64,000 nucleotides of DNA, from assembly GCF_009914755.1 (NCBI RefSeq), contig NC_060937.1. The stretch is one strand, 5' to 3'. The stretch's first letter is position 1. Every line of letters begins with the position of its first letter. The DNA comes from the human T2T-CHM13v2.0 reference genome, Homo sapiens. Positions 43,401-64,000 of this stretch are shown one piece after another. Below the pieces are notes generated by a model that was not told where the DNA came from, did not search any database, and saw only the letters and a list, made by a program, of their open reading frames with translations. A program made the position numbers and the translations under genes.

Positions 43401-43824
43401 TCAAAGCTCATCTTCTAAGGCATGCAGAAACTCAGTCAGCTCCACAGATGTGAGGTCTAAATGAGCAGTGCAACCTTGCTTACGGAGACTCGGGAAGGCA
43501 GGGAGAACAGAGTCTTGGCCCAGGCCACCAAGGAGGAGGCAAGATGCCAGATGGAGAAGGGGTTGCCCCAAGCCCCAGGTTGACATGGAAGTTGGGAACA
43601 GCCAAACAGAGAATCTCAGGATCTCCATGGAGGCTAAGAACCTTTCATTGGAGATTCAACTTTTGCAATAAGCAGTGCTGGGTTACATAAGTGCCTAATT
43701 AAGACCCTTGGAACTAATTATATAGGACAGAGAGGAGGTGATGGTGAAGACGTGAGATTCTAAGCTGTGATGATACTTACCACATGAGAAGATCAAGACC
43801 CACTGATGAACTCCTGGTAGTAGA

Positions 43825-44405
43825 GAGAGGATAGGCAGATAGACAGCTAGCTAGACAGATAGATAGATGACAGATAGATAATTGATACATAGATTATAGA
43901 TTCAATGGATAAATACACAGAGAATACATTAGATAGATGAATGGATAGATGGATGAATGGATAGACACAGACATAGATAGATAGGTGGTCTTCATGTAAA
44001 GACAAGGTGTTTCTTCTGGAAGATTCATCAGGAAGGTGCCATCTTGGAGGCAAAGAAGAGCCCTCATCAGGGCTGTTTATCTATCCACCTACCTATCTAT
44101 CAATAGATATTGATAGATAGGTAGGTGGATAGATAGATACATAGATGATTGATTGATAGATGATAGATGATGAATATATAGATAGATGATAGTTGATAGA
44201 TGATTGATAGATGATAGATGTTAGATACATAGATGATTGATGATAGGTAGATGATAGATGAATATATAGATAAATGATAGATGATTGATATATAGATGAT
44301 AGATGATTGATAGAAAGATGATAGATGTTAGATATATAGATACATAGATAGATAGATAGTAGACAGATCAATTGATTGATAGATGATAGGTAATAGACAG
44401 ATAGG
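43825..44405. repeat. (GATA)n patch with an inverted LTR-derived insert and a perfect 28-bp hairpin
   Basis: Direct reading; see findings. Confidence 0.9.
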
Positions 44406-44509
44406 AACTCTCCAGTCAACCTAGACTTAGCTAGTCAAGGTCCCATCTGTGGAGTTTCCAGGGGAACGTCATCTCTATTAGCCACTGAGTCCACGTAAAT
44501 CATGTATCT

Positions 44510-44991
44510 GCATCTGCCTGGATTTGTTTTCACTGCTAGAACAGAGTCCCTAAGACTGTGTGGTTTATAAAGAGCAGAGATTTATTTACTCCTGGTTCTG
44601 GAGGAGGAGAAGTCCAAGATGGAGGTACCAGCAGATTCCATATCTGATGAGGGCTGTTCTTTGACTCCAAGATGGCACATTCCTGCTGAATCTTCCAGAA
44701 GGAAGAAACCCCTTGTCCTTACATGAAGACCAAGGCACCAGAAGATTCCATATCTGATGAGGGCTGTTCTTTGCCTCCAAGATGGCACCTTCCTGATGAA
44801 TCTTCCAGAAGGAAGAAACACCTTGTCTTTACATGAAGACCAAGGCACCAGCAGATTCCATATCTGATGAGGGCTGTTCTTTGCCTCCAAGATGGTGCCT
44901 TCCTGATGAATATTCCAGAAGGAAGAAACACCTTGTCCTTACATGGTAAAGGTGGGAGACCAAGGGAAATGAATGTTACAGGAAGCCTGTC

Positions 44992-45051
<60 letters not shown>

Positions 45052-45447
45052 TTCTCTCTCTTTCTTTCTTTTTCTTTCTTTCTTTCTCTCTTTTTTTCGA
45101 GAAGGAGTCTTGCTCTATCACCCAGGCTGGAGCACAGTGGTGTGACCTCGGCTCACTGCAACCTCCACCTCCCAGGCTGAAACAATTCTTCTGCCTCAGC
45201 CTCCTGAGTAGCTAGGATTACAGGTGCCTGCCACCACACCCGGCTAATTTTTGTATTTTTAGCAGAGATGGGGTTTCACCATGTTGGCCAGGCTGATCTT
45301 GAACTCCTGACCTCATGATCCAACCGCCTCGGCCTCCCAAAATGCTGGGATTACAGGCATGAGCCACCATGTCTGGCCAGGAAGCCTCTTTCCTAAGGAC
45401 CTTAAGCCCATTCATGAGAAAGATGCCACCATGGCCTGATCACCCCT
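44510..45447 (-). mobile_element. MaLR (MST-like) LTR with internal 110-bp triplication (44631-44945) and an inserted Alu with (TTTC)n tail (44990-45378)
   Basis: gtttataaagagcagagatttatt...ttctggagg..gaagtccaagat; agattccatatctgatgaggg at ~44633, 44743, 44853; TSD aggaagcct around the Alu. Confidence 0.82.
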
Positions 45448-45469
45448 TTTTTAATTCAAGTTATGTTAT

Positions 45470-51058
<5,589 letters not shown>

Positions 51059-52350
51059 AAACTCCCTAGTCTGCCTAAGATATTTTCTGTTATTTTATAA
51101 GACATAACCCTCATGAGTTCTTTTGTATCTGCTGCTGCTGTTATTCTGAAAATAGTGTAAAGTTTTGGAGTTTCAGGTACAAGAGGACCCTGCAGATATC
51201 AGCCACCTGCTTTTCCCTCCCTTCCTGGGGAGGTTCGGTTCTGCCTAACACGCACTCTCTGGTACATCCCTGTGGGTCTCAGAGCCGCCCCCTCCTTGTC
51301 TGCAAGGAGGGAGGTGCGGTACCCACTCCGGGGACCCCCTTCATCCTTGGGGCACTCAGCGTGTGAGTCAGCTTGGCCTTCTCCTTCACAGACAAGTGTC
51401 ATTGTCACAAGAGAGCGTGGGCCATTCAGAGGACTCTCACCCTCATGAGGCTGGCATTGCGTGTCACCGCGTTGGAGCCAGAGGCAACCTCAAAACGCAT
51501 GGGCCCTGCTTCCCTCTTCTCAGAAATGAGGAGAACCTCTGGTAGAGATGACTTTTGGGGGCTCACGGGGTCGGTGCAGAGGGGGTGTCTGGGGCCGAGC
51601 TGGGACCCGGCTGTCAGGAGCCTCTTTACACTTCAGGTTGTCTGTGCCCGAGCAGATCCTGGGCTGTTGAATCATGGTAGGCAAACCACAGAACGATCTT
51701 TTGGGGTGTAACCTCAGGCTCTGTTCACTCACTGGCATCGTCAAATCACACCTACAAAGAGCTGGCAAACTATTCCCTAAGCACAGAAATCCTCATGCTT
51801 ATTTGCGGCCATTCCGAGCCCTGCAGGTGGCTAGGGAGAGAGCCATAAGGTATTTCTTGTGGCGGGGGCGGGGGGCCCTCTCTGGCATTCCCAGGGCTGC
51901 CCCCAGGACCTGGAATCAAGCAGGAGAAAGAAGGACATAACCGAGAGAAGGCTTCCTCTCCGTGAGGCCGTGGAGTCCGGCCCCGGCGGAAAATAAACTT
52001 CTTAATACGATTGAGATCAACAGACAGGGCTTTTATCTGTGATACATTTAAGCAAATTGAATGCAATTACCTCAATTGAATTCAGAGCAAGGCCTGCCCT
52101 GACCTTCCCTGAAGCGTTCTGCCCACTTGGAGAGCAGGCTGGGGCACACATGACATCATCTGGACAATTTGCACATATTTATATAATTTGTCATGATGCG
52201 GTCTGCACAGGCTAGAGGCTGCGAGGTTTGCCTCCAGCACCGCTGTGAAATCAGGCCTGTGAGAATCACTTGCTGGACATATCTCTTGTGTGTGCTATTT
52301 ACTTCGAATTCAAGTGTACCTAGTCACTAGTGGGGGGAGTGGGGTGGATG

Positions 52351-52386
<36 letters not shown>

Positions 52387-53164
52387 GCGGGCAGAAGATG
52401 CAAATCCGTTGATACAAATCAACAAGCAATATTATGGTATAAGGGAGGGAAATAAAGCCAGCAGGTGCTATAATACATGTCAAAAAAATCTGTTTTATGC
52501 TTATGCCACTGTAAGACAACAGACAGCTGTGTAGAGGTGTGGCTTCAGCGACTGCCGAGGAAGGGTTATTTGTGGGTACAGCCATGGGATGTCAGAGGTG
52601 TCTCTATTCTGACCTCAGGCACTGAGGTCCTGCCCACGAATGGCGTGGTAGCGTGGGGAATATTCGAAGGAAAACAGAGAGGTGTCTGGATGATCTGTTT
52701 TGTTTCAGGAAGCAAACCAGCATGATGCAGGCAGCCTGAACTGAGAAAAGGAGGTTTCCGGATTTCCAAAGACACACTGAGTTCGCTGACATGTATCAGG
52801 GAGAAAAGCTCATTCAGAGATCTCCGCTGTATTACAAATTTTAATTTCTCCTGGCGTGGGAGTTCACAGCAGCCTTATGGAGGGAAATTCCTCCAAGCCT
52901 GCGTGTCATAAACTGAACTACAGGGTTTAGGGTCCTCAGGCTGCCCAGGGATGTTGGAGGTCCACAGGTCAACTGCAGGGAGATGGATTCCCCAAATGAG
53001 CAAGAGGGTTCTGATGCTCAGGAAATAGATTAGTAGCTCCAGGCAGGTGTGGCTTCATGACCGTAAGGAAATGGAAGCAAAGAGTTGTTGGGCATGTAGA
53101 ACTTTCATTTCTTGCACATTTATTCAGAGACAGAGCATATGCATTTTTGGTAGAAAATTCAATA

Positions 53165-53770
53165 TTGCTGTTGATCTCAAATTCAAGTGTAGCTGGGCAC
53201 ACATGCATACAGCTGTTAACCTTGAATTCAAGCGTACCTGGGCTGCTGTTTACTTTGAATTCAAGTGTATCTGGGCATGCATGCATACTGCTGTTCACCT
53301 CGAATTCAAGTGTAGCTGAGCACACATCTGTTCTCCTGTTTATCTCGAATTCAAGTGTTATCTGGGCATGCCTGGTGCTGCTGTTCACCTTGAAATCAAG
53401 TGTACCTGAGCACGCATCTGTTCTGCTGTTTATCTCGAATTCAAGTGTATCTGGGCATGCATCGTGCTGATGTTTACCTCGAACTCAAGTGTAGCTGGGC
53501 ACACATCGTGCTGCCGTTCACCTTGAATTCAAGTGTACCTGAGCATGCATCCATACTGCTGTTTATCTCAAATTCAAGTGTACATGGGCACGCATCTTTT
53601 CTGCTGTTTATCTCGAATTCAAGTGTAGCTGGGCACGCATGCATACTGCTGTTCACCTCGAATTCAAGTGTACCTGAGCACGCATCTGTTTTGCTGTTTA
53701 TCTCCAACTCAAATGTACCTGAGCATGCATCTGTTCTGCTGTTTACCTCGAATTCCACTGTACCTGGGTA
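53165..53770. repeat. 45-bp VNTR (gctgtttatctcgaattcaagtgtacctgagcacgcatctgttct), ~14 copies
   Basis: gaattc-like motif at 53257, 53302, 53347, 53437, 53525, 53615, 53660, 53750; ORF track shows a 15-aa periodicity. Confidence 0.96.
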
Positions 53771-54159
53771 GGCATGCCATAATTTTATTGGTTAACTAGA
53801 GCAATTTGTAAAGCAAACTATCATCATTTTCCCCAAGTTGTAACCCTTGGCAAATCATTTCCCCGAAGTTTCAACTTTGTTGAAATGGAAGCTAAGAAAT
53901 TAAACACAATGTATATATTCCTGGTAAAGTTTGCCCAGTACCTGAGCCAACACCTAGGGAGGTAAGAGCAGACAGTGGAGGTTGGGGTACAGACAGATTT
54001 GGGTGACCCAGACCAAATCTGATCTTCTAGAACCAAGAAATCCCACAGAGACAGGACAAATTGGCCCGTTTGGGGCCAGCATCCTGCGGGATCCCAGACG
54101 CTTATGTTATGTGTATTTTAACACAATTTTAAAAATTGGAAAATAAAACAAAACACCTA

Positions 54160-54560
54160 CAGCCATGATCTCTAAGGCCATGTGTGTTCTGCACCTATTA
54201 CTCCTCACTCACTCCATTCCAGCCCCACTGGCCTTTTTCTGGCTCCTCAGACATGCCAAGCACTCCCTGCCTCAGGGCCTTTGCAGTGTCTGTTGCCCTC
54301 ATGTGGAATGCTCTTCCCACAGATCTCTCTATGACTCTCTCTCTGTCACTTGCTCTGCTCTAATGTCTCTTTTTCAGTGAGGCCTTTCCTGATCACCCTA
54401 CAGAAAAGCACCCAGCAATATTCTCTATTCCTTTTCCTTGCCTTGTCTTGGTAGCACTTGCTCCTTGCTGACATATAGAAAGAATATGTGTTTATGCAAT
54501 GGTGAATGTGATGACCATAGATTTTTCCCCAGCCCTGTTCTAGGCAGAGACTGGGAAATG
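54160..54560 (+). mobile_element. LINE-2 3' fragment
   Basis: cactccattccagccccactggcc...cctgcctcagggcctttgca...tggaatgctcttccc. Confidence 0.8.
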
Positions 54561-54933
54561 GGTCATTCCTGTCCCCTATTCCAATTCTCACCTTCTATAA
54601 TGGCTTATTTTCCTTTTTAATGTTCTAACCTAATGTCGAGCAATTTCAGTTGATTTTTTCATAAGCTGGAAGGTCCATGAAATCTCTTTCTATGGCCATT
54701 ATTTTCTCAAACACTGCAGTGTCTTTTTTCAGTGTTTTCCATATATAATGATATTCCTAGGAATATCTCCTTGGCCTTCCTATCTAAATTCACCCAATGT
54801 GGTGTTCTTCATATTTCAAGTAAATTCAATACTGCCTTCATAATTGTTGGCACCTTTAAACTTTTATTGTCCCTGATAGGTAGGTGCTCATCTTATTCGT
54901 TAAATGAATGATTTTGGCAATTTCGCTTTTTAA

Positions 54934-55237
<304 letters not shown>

Positions 55238-55871
55238 AAAATGTCTTTTTGATAGAGTGATTTTGAAGATTAAGCAGGCTAGTGGGTCAAGCACGTAGTA
55301 CAACATTTGAAGCCCAAAGGCAGGGAGTGTGAGCCCCAGGTGGTGGTGGGGGGGATGAAAGGAGAAGCAGGAGGCAATGGGGAACGAGACACTTGAAACT
55401 GGAACTCAGGGCTCTTCAGAGAGAGAAGCTTCCAGGTCCTGGAGAAGGGGCGAGACCCATGCGAGTCCCCTGGACGCTCAAAAGGAAGGGCCAGGTTTCC
55501 CTGACACAGAGGGCTCCGTGGTCTCCTCCCCTCCTTTTCACCTCAGGAGGGAGGGAAAGAGGGGAAGAGAAGGTCCTGCAGAGGAGGCAGGATGGCCGGT
55601 TGAGGGGGGCCTTGGGCACTTTTTCCCAAGGGCTGCCTCCTGCGGCTGCCCCAGGGGCTTCCTTGAACAAGAATTCCCTGCTCTCCCGCTGAGAGCCAGG
55701 GTGGGTCCTCTGTCCCTCACCATGAAGTTCAATGAGTATTGGAAAGTCCGCATGAGGTGAAGGGGCTTCAGCCCAACCACTGGTCCCTGCTGCACTCACT
55801 CCTCAAGAAGGACCACCAGCTGCCTGATGGTGAGCATGGAGCAGGTCTGAGTGGACCAGACTAGGGCCAAG

Positions 55872-58800
55872 AAACACACCAAAATTGAAACACAAAGAAA
55901 TACAAAACATGAACAGACCAATAACAAATAATGAGAACAAAGCTGTAATAAAAAGTCTCCCAGGAAAGAAAAGCCCCAATATTCTATGGCTTCACTACTG
56001 AATTCTAACAAATATTTAAAGAACTAATACCAATCCTACTGAAACTATTCCACAAAATACAGATGGGGAATACTTCCAAACTCATGCTATAACACCAGAA
56101 TTACCTTTATACCAAAATCAAAGACACTTTAAAAAAAGAAAACTACAATATCTCCAATTAATATTGATGCAAAAATCCTCAACAAAATGCTAGCAAACCT
56201 TTAAGCAATACATTAAAAATATCATTCTTCATGATCATGTGTGATTTATCACAAGGATGCAAGAATGGTTGCACATCAATCCAAATGATACATCACATCA
56301 CCAAAATGAGGGAAAAGATTATATAATCATTTAAATTAAGGTATTTTAAAAAAGCATTTGATAAAATTCAACATCCCATCATGATTAAAAACCCTCAGAA
56401 ACCTGGGTAGAGAAAGAACATTATTAACATAATGAAAGCCATATATGACATACCCACAGCTAGTATCATACTGACAAGGGAAACACTGAAATCCCCTTCT
56501 CTAAGATCTGGAGCATGACCAGGATGCCCACTTTCACCACTGTTATTCTCCATAGTACTGGAAGTCCTAGCAAAAGCAATCAGACAAGAGAGAGAAATAA
56601 AGGGCATCTAAAGGGAAGACAAATTATCTTTGTTTTGCAGATGATATAATCTTATATTTGTAAAAAACCTGAAGACTCCACAAAAACTACTAGAACTGAT
56701 AAATTCAGTAGTTTCAGGATACAAATCAATATATAAATATCAGTAGATTTTTTTTTTTTTTGAGACAGAGTCTCACTTTGTCACCCAGGCTGGAGTGCAG
56801 TGATGCAATCTTGGCTCACTGCAAGCTCCGCCTCCTGGGTTCACACCATTCTCCTGCCTCAGCCTCCCGAGGAGCTGGGGCTACAGGCACCCACCATCAC
56901 TCCTGGCTAACTTTTTTTTGTATTTTTAGTAGAGACGGGGTTTCATCGTGTGAGCCAGTATGGTCTCGATCTCCTGACCTCGTGATGTGACCACCTCACC
57001 TTCCCAAAGTCCTGGGAATACAGGCGTGAGCCACCGCGCCCGGCAGGAATCAGTAACATTTCTAAATGCCAAGAGTGAACAATCTGAAAAAGAATTTAAA
57101 AAGAAATAGCATTCATCATAGCCACAAATAGAACTAAATACATAGAAATCAACCAAAAAAGTAAAGGATTTCTACAACAAAAACTGTAACACAATCATAA
57201 GATAAATTGAAGACACAAAAATTGAAAGATATTCCATGTTCATGGATTGATAGTGTTAGTATGTTAAAATGTCTATATTACCCAAAGCAATTCACAGATT
57301 AAATGCAGGAATCACATTAACTGACTTCAAATTATATTACAAAGCTATAGTAACTGTAGCAGCCTGGTACTGGCATAAAAATAGACACATAAACCAATGG
57401 AATTGAACAGATAACCCAGAAAAAAATTTTATACATTTTCACTGAACTCATTTTCAACAAAGGTGCCAAGAACTTAAATTAGGGAAAAGACAACCTCTTC
57501 AATAAATCATGCTTGGAAACTGGATATCTACATGCAAAAGAATGAAATTATAACCCCAACTCTTGCCATATACAAAAGTCGAATCAAAATGGATTAAATA
57601 CTTAAATCTAAGACCTCGAATTAAAAAACTACTGCAAGAAAACATTGGGGAAAGTCTCTCCAGGTCTTGGCAAAAATGTCTTGAGTAATACCCCACAAGC
57701 ACAGGCAACCAAAGCAAATATGGACAAATGAAGTTACATCAAGTTAAAAATCTTCTGTATGTCAAAGGAAATGATCAATAAAGTGAGGAGGCAACCCACA
57801 GAATAGGAGAACATATTTGCAAACTATTCACCTGACAAAAGATTAATAACTAGAACAGATAAGCAGCTCAAACTACTGTATAGGAAAAAAATCTAGTAAT
57901 CTGATCTTTACAATGGGCAAAATATTTCAATAAACATTTCTTAAAAGAAGGCATATGAATTGAAAGCAGTTATATTATCAGAAACATGCAAATCAAAACT
58001 ACAATGAGATATCATCTTATCCCAGTTAAAATGAATTTTGTCCAAAAGTCAGGCAACAGCAAATGCTAGTGAGAATGTGGAGAAATGGGAAGCCTGGTAC
58101 ACTGTTGGTGGAAATGTAAATTAGTACAACCACTATGGAAAACAGCTTGGAGGTTCCTCATAAAACTAAACTAGAGCTTCAATATAATCCAGCAATTTCA
58201 CTGCTAAGTATATACTAACAAGAAAGGAACTCAGTATGTTGAAGAGATGTCTACATTCCCATGTTTGTTGCAGCATTGTTGAAAATAGCCAAGATTTGGA
58301 AGCAACGTAAGTGTCAATCAACAGATGAATGGATAAAGAAAATGTAGTATGTATACACAGTGGAGCCAGAAAAAAAGAATGAGATTCTGTCATTTTTAAC
58401 AACATGGATGAGGGTTATTATGTTAAATGAAATAAGCCAGGCACAGAAAGACAAACTTTGCATGTTCTCATTTATTTATGGGCGCTAAGGATCCCTTTGA
58501 GTTGAATTCAATGGAGATAGAGAGTAGAAGGATGGTTACCAGAGGCTGAGAAGCATAGTAGGGGGGCAGTTTGGTAGGGCCATGGAGGGAAGTGAAGATG
58601 GCTAATGGGTACAAGAAATAGTTAAAAAGAATGAATAAGAGGTAGAGGTACTATTTGATTGCACAACAGGATATTTGTGCTGATAGCACAACAGTAGTAT
58701 TTGTACTGATAACACAGTTTGTACTGGAAGCACAACAGTAGTACTTGATACCACAACACTGCAATTGTCAATAATTGACAATTATTATAATCAATAATAA

Positions 58801-58990
58801 TTTAGTTGTACCTTTTAAAATAACTGAAATCATATAATTCAATTTTTGTAATACAGAGTAAATGCTTGAGGAGATGGATACCCCATTTACCATGCTGTGA
58901 TTGTTACATGTTGCATGCCTGTATCAAAGTATCTCATATACCCCATTTATACACACTAATACTGTATACCCACAAAAAATAAAAATAAAT
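55872..58990 (+). mobile_element. 5'-truncated L1MA-like LINE-1 (RT region to 3' end) with an AluY-like insert (56748-57044,-)
   Basis: atattgatgcaaaaatcctcaacaaaat, aggatgcccactttcaccact, tttgcagatgatat (FADD motif); L1MA-type 3'UTR ending cccacaaaaaataaaaataaa; many disabling changes. Confidence 0.93.
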
Positions 58991-59984
58991 GCGACATAAT
59001 AATCAGGTATGGTTTTGCTGGGGTATGTATTACATTGTTGTATTTTGCCTAGTCTATAGGATTAGGGGGAACAGCTGTGGTAAATTCCCACAGAGGCAGT
59101 TGCAAAACTCCCTACTCTTCTCTCTCCCATTTGCAGTTTAGTTTGCTAAAATCTGCTAAAGCTGTTTCTAATTCACTACTTTGTAGCAATCTTTGGCTTT
59201 GTTTTGGAGGACTAGTAAATCAGTTAGCTGATATTGGTTTGAAAACCCTGAATCATAGGTCTTAAGCATTATTTGGAATTCCTTGGCAAACATAAGGTGT
59301 CTTGAGTCAGATCAGGAAATCCAAACATCAGAGCATTTAATTCTGACTTGGTGTAAGGTGTATATCTTATGTTTGAACCCACTCTTCCTGTGGGTTTTGT
59401 TTTAAAAGAAATGACTACTATTTTGTCTTCTCCTGTAGCTATTTCTGGACCCTTTGTGGTTTAAGAAGGAATACAGGGAGGAGAAAGAGAAAAAAAAACG
59501 AAATCATCCAGGCAAGGAAGTTTAGAAAGCAGAGGTTTAGGAGAAGAAAAAGAAGAGACAGTTTCTCGCAGTTTCCTGATTTTATAAGCTGATTTTGCTA
59601 CTTTTCTTTAATTCTGAGGTAGTTTCAAATATTTTGTTGTTACCTTTCTGCAAAGAAATAAGTTTATCATTTCTAATTTTGGATGTTTTTAGGTGCCAGC
59701 TAAAATACAACCCACATTTATTTTCCTTGATGCAGAAACCTAACTTCCCTAATTTAGCATACGAGAAGACCAGTTTGGGAATATTTAAAGTTCTTCACTT
59801 TGGGAACCTTAGATGTTGGTCGTCCTTAGTAAAATCCTCCCTTTACATGAATGTTTGCAAGAAGAGGTGCTATAATTATCAAACATAAAACAAGCAGGGG
59901 TGCCCAAAGGGGGACATACTCCTTGCCTGTCCTCGATTTTAGAGATATTATTTCTCATTTTTCTTTAAAAGCAGAAGTTGAACA

Positions 59985-64000
<4,016 letters not shown>

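Overview
Primate (human or great-ape) genomic DNA. I see no intact protein-coding gene, RNA gene or CRISPR array. The ORF track is almost entirely Alu, L1 and low-complexity read-through. The window looks like a mosaic of segmental-duplication blocks: (1) AT-rich, Alu-dense DNA (1-6265); (2) a GC-rich composite block (6266-10650) centred on a ~570-bp imperfect palindrome with six mirror-placed CCAAT boxes, flanked by outward-facing G-rich repeats; (3) an old minus-strand L1 interrupted by an MST element and Alus (10650-14885); (4) a CpG-rich ANKRD20A-family 5' fragment cut just before its start codon (14887-15380); (5) Alu-dense GC-rich DNA with orphan exon-like segments (15381-25200); (6) a VNTR- and (GATA)n-rich block with many local templated duplications and enhancer-like islands, reminiscent of PAR1 (about 25200-54150); (7) L2/L1MA DNA; (8) the edge of an HSat1B/DYZ2-type ~2.55-kb composite satellite array (about 59985 to the end). 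An acrocentric short arm or Y-heterochromatin border is my inference, not an established location. Repeat subfamily names come from recalled consensus motifs, and coordinates are read by eye (approximate).
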